Assembly (NCBI GenBank): GCA_964019335.1
Contig: OZ025746.1
Span: forward strand, 62,001 to 126,000
Source of the DNA: Diplonema japonicum
Lineage: Eukaryota; Protista; Euglenozoa: Diplonemea
DNA: 64,000 bases
Direction of reading: 5' to 3'
Shown: positions 10,468 to 21,409 of the stretch, in pieces
Numbering within the stretch: position 1 is the stretch's first letter
Layout of the letters: every line of letters starts with the position of its first letter
Notes under the pieces: generated by a model
The model's input: only the letters and a program-made list of their open reading frames with translations
Databases searched by the model: none
Told to the model about the DNA's origin: nothing
Program-made: the position numbers and the translations under genes

Positions 10468-11366
10468 TTTTTTTTTGTTTCCCTTAGATGGTAAAAAAAG
10501 GGGGGGTAAAAAAAATAATAATAATAAAAAAAAACTAGAGAGGGACGGAGAGGGGGTAAAAAAGAAAAAAAAATGGGAGGTAAAAAAAAAAAAAAAAAGA
10601 AGGGAGTATTTGGAAAGGGGGGGATGAAAGTCACCCCCCCCACCCTGGAGAGGGAAGCTCTGTGAATAGAGGGAAAAAAATTGTTCTTTTAAAGTCAAAG
10701 CGACACTACAAGAACAAAAAAGAGAAGGGGGGGGGGGGGGGGGGACAGGGGGGAGGGGGGGACCTAGAGAAATGAGTTTTCTCTGATTGCGAACGTGAAA
10801 AGAAAAAAAAAGGGGGGGAAAGGGTGCTTAGAAAATGGAATAGGAATATTTCTTTTTATTTTTTTTCCCTCCTTTAGAGTGGACAGGGTTTCTTTTTTTT
10901 TCTTTGAGAATTTTTGGAGAAATTCATGTAATCTAAATTTTAGTTTATTTTTTTTTGTTTTGTTTTGTTTTTTTTTCTGCTTTCTTTTCTTCTTCCTTGT
11001 TTTTCTTGAGTCTATCCTTCCCATTACTTTTTTAATTTCTTTTTCTCTTACCTTTTCTTCCCCCACTTCTTCGGTGGTCAGAGCGCTGTAATCCATCCCT
11101 CACCCCCAATGTCCTCACCACCTTGTGAAGAAAACTCGTAGCTGACTTTTTTTTTTATTATTATTATTCTTTCCACCTTTCTTTATTTATATTCTTTTTT
11201 AAGTTCAACTCGAGTCTTTTCATAGATGTAAAAATATCTAGAACAGAGGGGAAGGGGAAAAAAAAAAACGCTCTCAAAGAAAGGGGGGGAGCCAAGGTAA
11301 AGAAAAGAAAATGAAACAGAGAAATGAATACCACCCCAGAAAATAAAAATAAAAAACAATGGAAGA

Positions 11367-11401
<35 letters not shown>

Positions 11402-11402
11402 T

Positions 11403-11597
11403 GGCATCGTTTCAAAAAAACCCCCCCCAAAATGAGGCCAATTGACACTTTCAATATTTCTCTAAGTACTTTTTCCCAAAAAAAAAAAATTCTACAACTT
11501 TCCCGGCCCAGATTAGGAAAGAAAACACCCCAGAAAATGGGAAAGTGGGTGTTACTGGTACCCAGAAAATTCAGTCCTAGGGGCAAAAATGGGTTTT
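11403..11597. repeat. Left terminal inverted repeat
   Basis: Pairs with 12794-12992. Confidence 0.8.
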
Positions 11598-11946
11598 TTC
11601 ACTTTGCACAAATTCAGTAAAAGAGGGGGTGACAAAAATGGATGCTTTTAAACTTGCTGTTGAGAAGCTAGGGGTAAAAAAAAATGGTATTCGGACCGAG
11701 AAAGGGTAAATGGGAACACCACGGTGATCAGGACACTCGCCACAGAGGTTTTTGAGAAGCTCAGTGGCAACGACTGTGCTGCACTAGTTTGTGGCGTAGT
11801 GTGTAAAGGGGAACTTCTAGCGGCACTTCTGCAATCATTTTCTGGTTGATTTAGTAGCCAACAAGACACCACACGGCGCCAATTGGTCAGAGGCATGAGG
11901 CTTGATCACATCACACATGATGAAATAAGGGCAGCTGGCCTTACTG

Positions 11947-12760
11947 TTGGAAAAGTCTTGTTCCACAGTAGCATGGGCACAGAAAAAAATAAAGAAAAAA
12001 ATGGAGTGGATACTCTGGACTGACGGTGGGCGTCACTTTCGTGCAAAGGAATTTTGCTACTTTGTTCTTTTTGGTCTTCGTTATGTATATCCCGATCGGA
12101 CGTTTTCCCTGTGGTTTCTGGGGGAGAAACACGGCAAAAACAACAGGGACAGCCACTTTGGTGTGCTCTCTCGTGTTTTTTGGTTTTGGGTGCCTCGTTC
12201 CACAACAATTAAAACTGTGGAACAAATAGGTAACATCACCAATACGATACGGTGCGCCATGCACGTAGTTACTGATGTCTTTGGCCCGTACAAAAAGAAA
12301 ATTCTTGAGTTTCCGGATTTTACAGGTGCATATGAGCTCAGGAGCACACCGGAGGGTGTATTTGCTACGTGTGCGTCCACGAGCTAGAAAGAACTAAAGT
12401 ACATCATCAAAGAACTCGCTGCAGACAGGGCAGAGAAAAGGCCCCCAGTCTATGAATCTTGTGATGAGTATGAGGACGTTCCTGATAGCCTTCCAGGACT
12501 TGAAAAACGAGAAAGAATAGTAACCAAATTACAAAAATACTCGACACCCCATGACAAGCCCAAAGCACCAAGTACACCTACGAATGAGCCTCTTAAAACC
12601 CCCCAAAATGCGGTAGAAGGCCTAATAGTATGAAAAAGAAATGAGGTCGCCCACTCAGCAGCAGCACATCTCAGCCGCAGAAGACTAGGAAATGAAGGTT
12701 TCCACTTCCAACATCATTTCAGCCACCTTCTAGTAGTGAGTTCCGCTATTTCTTGCTATT
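11947..12760 (+). pseudogene. Disrupted DDD/E transposase fragment
   Basis: WTDGGRHF ... FLGEKHGKNNRDSHFG resembles the SDG...HGK..xD catalytic motifs of Sola-type transposases. There is an in-frame TAG at 12385-12387 and further stops, and no intact N-terminus. Confidence 0.6.
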
Positions 12761-12793
12761 GAAAGCATACTCTCTGACTTTACCAAAACCACT

Positions 12794-12992
12794 AAAACCC
12801 GATTTTGACCCTAAAACTGAATTTTTCATAGGTCAAAATAGCACTCTTGAGCGATTTCTGACCCGGGTTCTTTCCTAATATGGGCCGGGAAATATGGAGA
12901 ATTTTTTTTAAAGGGGGCGGCATGCCCAAAGATGCAACGAAAGTGTCAATTGGCCTCTTTTTGGGGGGGGGGGGTTTTTTTGAAATCGACCC
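12794..12992. repeat. Right terminal inverted repeat
   Basis: Pairs with 11403-11597. Confidence 0.8.
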
Positions 12993-13003
12993 ATATATCA
13001 AAT

Positions 13004-14887
13004 TCAATCATCTTTTTTACCAGATTTTTGCTGAACGGCGTAATAGTAAGGGCACTTCAAAAGCGGGATGAAAGGAAAGCCTCCATCTTCCACCCGGAAG
13101 GCACAGGGCTTTCCAAGCGAGCGTACAAGCTCGTGGTGCTTGCTGTTAAGATTCACATGATCGAACGAAAACACCGTCTTCCACATCATCTGCGAACCGT
13201 ACCCCTGGTCCTTGGGGTTGATGGTAAAGTCGGTCGCAGCAAGGTAACCACCAGGAGCAACATGGCTCCACGCCATTTTAATGGCTTTCTCCCAGTTTGG
13301 TATCATAGTGAAGACGTAAGAAGAGATTACAACATCGAATTTGTTCCCGAACTCAATTTCTGTGGCATCGCCCTGAACAAATCTGACATTGTTCCACCCG
13401 TACTTCTCGCATCGTTTCTTTGCCTGCTCTAAGAGCGGCGCGCACAAATCGAGAACGACGACCTCATCAAGCCCGCTTACTATGTCGCGAACGTATTCCA
13501 AAACATCCGCGGTACCCCCGCCGAAAAGAAGAACAGTTTTCGGTTTGCTGTTCCATGGAATAGACCACATGGCATCTCGCTTCCCATGTAGCATGTGCGC
13601 TCTGTATGCATCGTAGCTGTCCGCTTGCTTCGCGTAGAAGGAGTTCAAAAAATCGGAGTGGTTGGAGCTCAACAATGTCGTCACCGGGGCGAGCATCATT
13701 TGCGTGAATGTTTTAAACCTCCCGAACACGGATTGCTTCCCCCATGACGGTTCTTGCAACACCACCGGCGCTTCACTTTCCGTTGGAAGCTCCGCGCAGA
13801 ACAGCCCGTTGTACATTCCAACTCTGTCGGAAAACTCGTTCGGATTTTTTCTCCCGATAACGCCGTTTACATGGAACTTCAGGTTTGACAGACACCCGAA
13901 TGGGAGGTACCCAAAGGACCTCCATCCGACAAGCGCGCCGTTTTTGTCGCCGACCTTCGCGAGTGTGTTCCATGTTTTGACGATGAGCTCCTCTGGGAGC
14001 CAGTCTTGGTGGTCGAGGAGAACGAATCTGGTGTAGTTTTTCCTTGCTGCTGGAGATAGAACGCCGTCGGTGAGCGTTGAGGTGATGATACGGACTCTGT
14101 CCGCACGGGATTTTGCGTCGGCGAAGTGTTCCTTTTTGAGGTATCGGGGGCAGCATTCTTCGGTCCACCCGTCTGCAAGGTACGACGAGTAGAAATAGTT
14201 GTTTTGAAACAAAACAGTGTCGTTGCATATGTAGTCCAGCAGGTCGGGGAGGAAGGTGGCGCTGTCGTCGTACATCCCGTACTGTCTCTGTGGAACACCA
14301 ACACAACCGATGAGCGCGTTGATACCTGTCTGGCCGAGCTTTGCGGCCATCATGACCCTTGATTTGTACTTGTTGTAGATCGCGCGTTGGTTTTCAATTG
14401 TGGGGTCCTCCATGGTCTGTAGTTCTTCAAGCATGCCGCCGCATCCGAGCATCTTCAGGAACAGAATGGCGGTTTTTGCGGCGTATTTGCAAGATCCGGA
14501 GAGGTGCCAGTTCTTCATCCTGTGCTTGTTGTTGTCCCACCATGTTTTCGATTCCGACCCGAGACACTTGCTCACCTCGTCGTAATTCTTGAGAAATATC
14601 TCGTGGTTCTGCCTAGCGAGGATCGCGAAGCAGTCTTCGTGTGTCAACGTCTTTACCAAAGCAAGCTTCATGTCGAGAAGGTAGTTCTGATGCTCGTTCA
14701 TGTCAAAGGTGTCGATGTACTCTGGGTCCTCTAAGAGGTAGTCCAGAATGTTGTCCCCACCTGTGGTCAGCATGCAGACCCTGTCACCCTTCCCGATACG
14801 AAAATGCTCGATATCAACCTTCGGGTCCTCCCACGACTGGTTGTAGATCCAAGTCTGGCTCATGGCAAGCTCGATAACCCGGTCCAT
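13004..14887 (-). CDS. BTA1: Betaine lipid (DGTS) synthase: BtaA (DUF3419) plus BtaB methyltransferase fusion
   Basis: The N-terminal IYNQSWEDP, TTGGDNILDYL, NNYFY, CPRYL, LLDHQDW and DRVGMY motifs are BtaA. The C-terminal FYAKQADSYDAYR..MLHG, GGGT, VLDLC..LL, VQGDA and FDVVISSY motifs are the BtaB SAM methyltransferase. Confidence 0.9.
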   Translation of the reverse strand: MDRVIELAMSQTWIYNQSWEDPKVDIEHFRIGKGDRVCMLTTGGDNILDYLLEDPEYIDTFDMNEHQNYLLDMKLALVKTLTHEDCFAILARQNHEIFLKNYDEVSKCLGSESKTWWDNNKHRMKNWHLSGSCKYAAKTAILFLKMLGCGGMLEELQTMEDPTIENQRAIYNKYKSRVMMAAKLGQTGINALIGCVGVPQRQYGMYDDSATFLPDLLDYICNDTVLFQNNYFYSSYLADGWTEECCPRYLKKEHFADAKSRADRVRIITSTLTDGVLSPAARKNYTRFVLLDHQDWLPEELIVKTWNTLAKVGDKNGALVGWRSFGYLPFGCLSNLKFHVNGVIGRKNPNEFSDRVGMYNGLFCAELPTESEAPVVLQEPSWGKQSVFGRFKTFTQMMLAPVTTLLSSNHSDFLNSFYAKQADSYDAYRAHMLHGKRDAMWSIPWNSKPKTVLLFGGGTADVLEYVRDIVSGLDEVVVLDLCAPLLEQAKKRCEKYGWNNVRFVQGDATEIEFGNKFDVVISSYVFTMIPNWEKAIKMAWSHVAPGGYLAATDFTINPKDQGYGSQMMWKTVFSFDHVNLNSKHHELVRSLGKPCAFRVEDGGFPFIPLLKCPYYYAVQQKSGKKDD

Positions 14888-14991
14888 TTTCTTTTTTTTT
14901 TTTCTTTTCTTTTTCTTGTTTTATAACCTATATGTATGTATGTAAAGAAGGGAAAAAAAAAGGGGGAGGGGGGGGAAACAAAAAAAGGTTA

Positions 14992-16077
14992 TCATCCCAC
15001 GACCCATGAAAGATTTTTGGAGAATACCATTGTCTCCCCGTTCACCACTTTGCCGTCTTCTGCAATGCACCAGTACATTACGCCAAGGGGGGTCTCGTCC
15101 TTTGGCAGGGCTAGAAAGACACCGTGCAACACGTCAGGGTGGATGAATGTAAATTTCGTCTCAGGGGACGGAAGCTGCGCCCACCCGTTGGCCACACCGA
15201 GCAACAGCTTCGAAGGAGGGATGACAAACGTGCGATGCCCGAGGTCTGTCCCGGTAAAATCAACGGTCAAACCCTGAACCGTGTACGCCTCGACAAGTTT
15301 GCGAAGCACGGCAACCTCAGACCCAGGCTCAGCATGCGAGAGAAGATACCCAGCAGAACTGAACCCTTCGTAAAGCTGCACCGAAACAGCATCAAAGGAA
15401 TCGATCCCACAGACTGCTATGAGGTAAGCGTACACATTCCTCCCATGGTATTTAAAATCCTGATGCCACTCAAAAACCGGGCTGTGGGTCACCGATCTCG
15501 AATACTCCTTTGTGAACGGATCCAAATAAGAAGCGGGCGGCGTAAGAAACACAATGAACCCGTCCTCCCTGGCGGACAGGGTCATCTCTGACATTATGGC
15601 GAGCGTGTCGATTGAGAATGTGTTGTGCGGGCTGTTCGGACTGTCGTTCCCCTCGAGGTCCCAATCGATCCCGTCGAAACCTTGAAAATCGTATTTGTCA
15701 ATGAGGGCTTTGTTCCATTGTTTGAATTCGGTCCAATAGGCGGAACCAGACCTGCTAGGGTGTGGGTGTGGAGCATTCCAACCTCCGATAGACATCAGGT
15801 GAACTACATTCTTGTGTTTCTTCGCGATTCGAGCCACGCATTGCAGGTCCAGGTCCTTTGCGACAACCCCTGTCTTGACCAGGTCCATCGCGAACCATAC
15901 TATTACGTTTACTCCGTTTTCTATTGCGGTCTCTACCTCGTGGCCGCACATCCCCCAGTTGGGGTACGCTGCAAGCACGCTTTTCCCCAACTTGTCCCAT
16001 TTCGCCTCAGAGGCTTGCTTGCACTGTGTCTCGCCCTGTGCTAGCGTTGCGGCCAGCAGTAAGGTTGCACAGTGCAT
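14992..16077 (-). CDS. Secreted GH18 chitinase-like glycoside hydrolase
   Basis: Signal peptide MHCATLLLAATLAQG; SIGGWN, catalytic FDGIDWDLE, VQLYE and GVMYW motifs. Confidence 0.88.
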   Translation of the reverse strand: MHCATLLLAATLAQGETQCKQASEAKWDKLGKSVLAAYPNWGMCGHEVETAIENGVNVIVWFAMDLVKTGVVAKDLDLQCVARIAKKHKNVVHLMSIGGWNAPHPHPSRSGSAYWTEFKQWNKALIDKYDFQGFDGIDWDLEGNDSPNSPHNTFSIDTLAIMSEMTLSAREDGFIVFLTPPASYLDPFTKEYSRSVTHSPVFEWHQDFKYHGRNVYAYLIAVCGIDSFDAVSVQLYEGFSSAGYLLSHAEPGSEVAVLRKLVEAYTVQGLTVDFTGTDLGHRTFVIPPSKLLLGVANGWAQLPSPETKFTFIHPDVLHGVFLALPKDETPLGVMYWCIAEDGKVVNGETMVFSKNLSWVVG

Positions 16078-16862
16078 TTTTTTTCTCTTATTTTTTTTCT
16101 GCCTCGCTTTTTTTAAAAAAAAAAAAAAGAAAATGGAAAAATAAAAGGGGAGAGGAGGGTGTTCCACGTTTAAGATGTGTTGTGCTTCTTCCCCTTAAAA
16201 AAAAAAGAGAGAAAAAATGGTGACGAGGGGGGGGGGGGGGGGGGGGGGAAGAAAGAAAAAAAAGAAAACTCGATGATTTAAAGGTAGCCGGTGGGGGCAC
16301 CCTGCACAAGCACCATTTACTTGATTACAGCTGTAGCTTCTTCTGCGTTCCGCGTCGTCTTACTGCGTGCGGTGTGCAGCTCAACCCCAGCCGGGGCGCT
16401 CCGGGTAACCAAGATTCTGAGCCCGTGTAGTTTGCTGCCTGTTCGCCACCCAGAGCATCTGCTTCTTCTACTTGGGCGCTACCGGTGATGACGTCAACAG
16501 CGAACAACACATCTGATGTACTTCTTTATATTTCCATGTTATCCCCACCACCTGAGAAAGAAAAACACTACAACACACGATAACTTCGGGTCTCTTTTTT
16601 TTTTTTTTAGTGCAGACAAGGAAAAATAAAAGAAGGAAAAAAAAATGTTATTATTGGTTGTAATACACGAGAAAAAAAAAAAAAGAAAAAGAAAAAGACG
16701 TGTCGAGAGGGGGGGAGGGGGGACATAATATACTTGGAGCCAGCTTTTTTTTTTTTAATGCAAAAGGACGAAAAAAAAAAGGGGGGGACGATTCAACTCA
16801 AAGTAAAAAGACACTCGCAAACAAAATAAAATAAAAAAAAAGTTTTTTTTTTAACAACCTCC

Positions 16863-18653
16863 TCACTCGGGTTTGCTAACCAGCACAGTTTCGTGGCTGA
16901 AGTTCGGACGCCGCCAGGAAGACGACACGGCCGCCTCCACATCACGCATAGCTTTGAGGCAAAGCTCATCTGTGAAGGGGGCGGTGGCGATCTGCACATT
17001 GACGGGGAGCCCCACGGCACCCTTTATGTCCTTCTTCGCATCGTGGGTAAGGGGGTCCTGGAAGGCGGACTCATACACATTTTCACCGGAACTTACGTAA
17101 GTAACAGGCACGGACCCAGCAGGGAAGTGGAAGTTGTTCCAGAGGTAGGCGTAGCTGCAAGATAGTGAAAGTTTGGTGGACATCCCGTGCTTCAGCGCAG
17201 ACATGCCCACTCCAGGGCACAGCACCGCATCGATTCCCTCCTTCATCAAGTAAGCGAGGAACGCCTTCTTCAGAAGGTCCCGTTCTTTTATCAGCTCCCA
17301 GAACCCGTACACAGAGTACTCCCCTGCCTCACCTACTATGTGCTGCATCCTTGTCTTCCCTATCAAACCGTACACCGAGGAGACGAGCCATCTCACCAAG
17401 GGAGGCATATCCGCCATTTTCTTTAAGAAGCTGTAGTTTTCGTGCAGCATCTCGCCGTCCAGCCCGTCAAGAAAACCCCTCATTTTCCCTTCGGAGGACA
17501 TCTCTGCCACGAACAGCAGTGCGTGGCGGTGCAGATCGAAGTCGATTTCCACTACCTCATGCCCGTTTTTCTTGAGACCTTCTGTGGCGAGGTTTAGTGC
17601 ACGGTTGTAGGCGGGCGCGGCGGTGAAGAACCCGTCGTCCCTCAGTACGCCGAAGCGGAGCTTCCTCGTCGACTTTGACTCGGTGCTGTCCCATACCATC
17701 TTGGGGACCAAGGGGTCGCGTTTCCACATGGTCGTCTTCCCCTCAGAGCACCACAGCCTCATAACAAGCTCAACATCATCGACTGTCTTCGCCAATGGCC
17801 CTGCACATGAGAACACAGCGTTTTGACCAGACGCGTCGTTAGGGCGGGGGACACCCATGCCATGGGCGCTTATTCTTTGCGAGGTGGGCTTGAACCCAAC
17901 CACACCGCAGAAACCAGCCGGAATACGGATGGATCCACCGATGTCAGTACCGATTCCGAGCGGGGACGCACCGCATGCTACAAGGGCACCTTCACCGCCG
18001 GATGAACCTCCCGGAGTACGGGACACGTCGAAAGGGTTACACGCGGTTCCCCAGATTGCGTTGAAGCTCTCGGGGAGCATGAGGCACTGCGGTACATTTG
18101 ATCTTACAAATGGAATGGCGCCAGCGTCTTTCAGAATCGTGACGAGGACGCTGGTGTAGGAAAGAGGTTTGAAAACTCGTGCGGCAAGGCCGCAGGTTGA
18201 ATCGTAGCCTTCCATGTGGATTTGGTCCTTGATGGAAATGGGTACCCCGTGGAGGAAGCCTCGGAGTGTGCCGTCCTTGCGTTCGGCGTCGCAGAGTTGT
18301 GCCTCCTTGATGGCTTCGATGAAGCATTCTTCGGCGTTAGTGTTAAGGACCTCGCCCGCCTCTTTTGCTCTAGCGCAGTATGCGGTCACTACTTCCTCGC
18401 TTGTGAGGGTTCCTTCGTCCATCGAACGGACGAGCTCCTCTACCGTCATAGAGATGATCTCCGCACCCCTTGGGAGGCTCTTGAAGTCCAAGTCTCCGTA
18501 TTGTTCCGTTCGCTTTTGGTCCCTTTCCGCTCTTTTTTTCATTGCTTGTTTTTTTAAGTACGACCTTCGGTTCCCCCTCTCACACATTTTCCACATGACG
18601 TACGTCAGCACGCTCACCGCGAGCACCCTCCCCGTTGTCTTCACGGTCGGCAT
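16863..18653 (-). CDS. FAAH: Fatty-acid amide hydrolase (amidase signature family)
   Basis: N-terminal TM segment; LHGVPISIKD, TPGGSSGGEGAL and GTDIGGSIRIPA motifs. Confidence 0.88.
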   Translation of the reverse strand: MPTVKTTGRVLAVSVLTYVMWKMCERGNRRSYLKKQAMKKRAERDQKRTEQYGDLDFKSLPRGAEIISMTVEELVRSMDEGTLTSEEVVTAYCARAKEAGEVLNTNAEECFIEAIKEAQLCDAERKDGTLRGFLHGVPISIKDQIHMEGYDSTCGLAARVFKPLSYTSVLVTILKDAGAIPFVRSNVPQCLMLPESFNAIWGTACNPFDVSRTPGGSSGGEGALVACGASPLGIGTDIGGSIRIPAGFCGVVGFKPTSQRISAHGMGVPRPNDASGQNAVFSCAGPLAKTVDDVELVMRLWCSEGKTTMWKRDPLVPKMVWDSTESKSTRKLRFGVLRDDGFFTAAPAYNRALNLATEGLKKNGHEVVEIDFDLHRHALLFVAEMSSEGKMRGFLDGLDGEMLHENYSFLKKMADMPPLVRWLVSSVYGLIGKTRMQHIVGEAGEYSVYGFWELIKERDLLKKAFLAYLMKEGIDAVLCPGVGMSALKHGMSTKLSLSCSYAYLWNNFHFPAGSVPVTYVSSGENVYESAFQDPLTHDAKKDIKGAVGLPVNVQIATAPFTDELCLKAMRDVEAAVSSSWRRPNFSHETVLVSKPE

Positions 18654-18829
18654 TTTCTTTTCCCCCCCCCCTTTTTTTTGGAAAGTTGTGAAAACGGTTT
18701 TTTTTTATTGCCATTTTGAAGACTAAAAAAAAAAAAAAAAAAAAAACAGGGGAATGAAAAACCCCTTTCATTTTCTTTTTTTTTGTTTCGTAGTTTTTAT
18801 TCTCTTCTTTTTTTTTTTTTTTTTTTTTT

Positions 18830-19148
18830 TTACTTTTTCGAGAGCAGGCTCTTGAAAAACGAGTTTCCTTTCGCGCCCCCTGTCGTTCCCCCTGTTGCGA
18901 AGCTCACGGGGGCTTTTTGGAAAGCGGCTCGTTTTTGGCGTTTAATCTGCAGCTTTTTCACCTCGTCTTCCTCTTCCGGTTTCGCCATCAGACGGGGGTC
19001 CGAAACCTGAACGCGAACCTGAAAAAAGAAAGAAAGGTGTGTGTGGTTTCCCCCTTTTCCTGACATACTTGTCTTCCCTGAAATTTCTTCTTGTCGTACT
19101 TGAGGATGGCTTCCATGTTTTCACTGTCTGTTACATCTACATACGCGA

Positions 19149-19188
<40 letters not shown>

Positions 19189-21409
19189 AAAAATGTATAC
19201 CTTTGGAACACCATTCTTCCCCTTTATAACCCGCATGGTCGTGACGGAAACCCCCTTCAAGAACTCCCGGATCTCGCTCTCATCGGCCCTGAAGGGGAGG
19301 TTCCACAAGAAAGCAGTCAGTTCCGCGGGGCCTGTAGGAGCCTCGAGACCGAGATCCGTCTTGTGCTGCTCCCACTTCGCCTCCTTTTGCTGTTCTTCAA
19401 GACGCCGCTTACGTAAGGTCCGCTTATCTTTCGCTGGGGGGGGAAAAAAAATTAAAATGTTTTCATTGTCGTAGTTCCATACCGGTGCCCTCAGGCTCAC
19501 CATCGTTGTCCGACTCAGAAGCATTGCCTGCTACAGGCAACATCTCGGAATCCATGGTTCTCTCTGCTTTTTCCTGGTATTTTCGGATCATCTCGTAGTT
19601 CTTATCCCTGACACGGTCGATGTCAACCGCTGTTCCGTGCAACCGTTCAAAGTTAAGCCACATCTCGGCTATCCGACCCGCATGGGCACCAAGAGCAGAC
19701 ACACCATGCTTAAAAACACCACGAATCTTCTTAAGAACAGCTTCATCAGGAACAGACAGACCACGCTGCAAACCATCGAGGTATGCCTCCCACAGCACAG
19801 GGAACTGCATGAGCTGCGCGTTGCCGGAGAAAGCTGAGTCGTACACAACCGATACATCGCTGGGCGAAGTGAGGACAAGTAAAAACCGGATCAAATGCAA
19901 GGCGTGCGATGGGGTGTCGGCTTTCTTAAGATGAGCGTTGCACAGCGAGACAGCCGCAGGCGTCGCATCGCTCGCAGGGAGACGTTTCAACAAAGAAATC
20001 GCCTCGTAAAGTATTGTCTCATTGTCGTGATCGGACTTGAAGGCAACCTTCTGGCTAGCCTCGAGAACGGTAAGAACATTCTTTGCAACGGTGTTTTTGA
20101 CGCCTTCCAAACAGCGGAAGACTTCAACCCACAGTTTGATGGATCTCGGGATGGATCGAAGGGAGCGTTTTGCGAACTGAACCGCGGGTTCTCGCAAACC
20201 ACCGTCCATCATTGTTCTGATCCCTTTCATCCAAAGATTGACGGACCACGGCGACGCAAGGACGGCACGCTCGGCAATCGCAGCTGCTTTTTTCGAATCA
20301 CGTTTAGCCTCCGCATCAATGTATGACAACCAAGCCGCGTCGGTTTCCTTGGGGTTGGTTGAAGATGCAACCTTCTCTTCATACGGAAGAATGGTTTTCT
20401 GTAGACCAGACGAGAGGTTAAAAGAACGCTCCACGCTTGCAATCATCCTGCTGAAATCCTCCCCGGTGAGGTGTGCCTTGTACGTTGCTGTGAACTCGTT
20501 GAAACTGTTTGAGGTTTCATCGCATTGTTCATGAGGGATGCAAGCTTGCCTTCTGTACAACCGCAATTGATTTTCCAAGAACGCCTTGTCAGGATCTGTG
20601 TCGCAACCCTCTGCGAGAAAAAAAGCACGGTATGACTCCCATAAGAGATGACCTTCTGTGTAGTGTGTTCCGGTAATATCTATCGCTGCTTCGTATTCCG
20701 CTCGAACAGCCACGATACGTGCAGAATCTTTCTCATCGTATGAAGGGTCGGAGTCGTCAAGGGATTCTAGTTCCTCTTCAAGCATTTCGTTAAGAACTTC
20801 GCATTGTTCGACAAGAAGAGGGACGGAGTGGAACTCGGTGGTAGCTTTTTGGAGAAGAGAATAGATTGTTTTTGCCGATGCGCCGTGCTCCCTTTCTTGT
20901 AGGATCCAGCCTGCATATTGTTTCATCGACATTGCGCAGGTTTTTACCATGTTTTCTCGTGAGGACTGAAGTGCGGTCCATGCGTCGGGGTCTGATTGAT
21001 GTGGAGCGAGAAGTGTGATTATTGACAAGTGTTTTTGGGCGTTGTGTGGGTCTTGTTCGGCGGAGCGAATTGACTGTGCTAGTTTTGCCTGTTCCATCAT
21101 GTCGCCGAGGCATGCGATTCCGGTGTTTTTCGCGTCTTTTTTTTTTTTTTTTCCGTCGTCCGGGTTGGTTTTCTTCAGTTTTTTCTTCGTGGTGGTTGTG
21201 GTTGTGGTGGCCCCCCAGCCGCCCAGCATCGGGACGGTGTCCGCAGTCGCCGGTTTTATCTTCGCCTTCACGAATTTTTCGATTTCGTCACTGTCGTCGC
21301 TTTCTTCTTCTTCTTCTTCTTCTTTTTTCGCCGCCGCCTGTGCCGCCTCACCCATTATTTTTTCCTCCAGCTCATCGTCGAAAATATCCCCCACATCAAC
21401 GGCCGCCAT
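18830..21409 (-). CDS. SART3: SART3/Prp24-like U4/U6 snRNP recycling factor (HAT repeats, RRM, C-terminal Lsm-binding motif); 3 introns
   Basis: Start MAAVDVG at 21409. HAT repeats (LWESYRAF, YRRQACIP, ERAV, WLNFERLHG); RRM (AFLWNLPF, KGIAYVD); C-terminal KGNSFFKSLL. GT-AG introns at 19434-19482, 19153-19200 and 19019-19068 restore the frame. Confidence 0.8.

Larger units (their letters stand above)
11403..12992 (+). mobile_element. Degenerate DNA transposon with ~200 bp imperfect TIRs and ATAT target site duplication (Sola-like)
   Basis: 11403-11597 is an imperfect reverse complement of 12794-12992, with shared blocks TTTCAAAAAAACCCCCCCC, GAGGCCAATTGACACTTTC, TTTCCCGGCCCAnATTAGGAAAGAA and AAAATTCAGT. 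ATAT flanks both ends (11399-11402 and 12993-12996). Internal transposase-like fragment present. Confidence 0.8.

Noticed and set aside
10468-10698. N-terminal ORF extensions (also 21410-21616, 40826-41071, 16078-16167, 63541-63627)
   Set aside because: Low-complexity UTR sequence; a downstream ATG after an A-run gives a sensible N-terminus.
10764-11620. Poly-Lys/poly-Phe ORFs here and in other spacers (e.g. 21687-22103, 40989-41433, 56585-57389)
   Set aside because: Translations of intergenic homopolymer runs with no protein-like composition.
12385-12387. Stop-codon reassignment suggested by in-frame stops
   Set aside because: The stops are confined to the decayed transposase; host genes end normally in TAA, TAG and TGA.
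16390-16555. SRP RNA (GCCGGGGCGC start) or a C/D snoRNA (GTGATGA...CTGA) on the plus strand
   Set aside because: No SRP helix-8 motif is present, and the C-D spacing is only about 32 nt.
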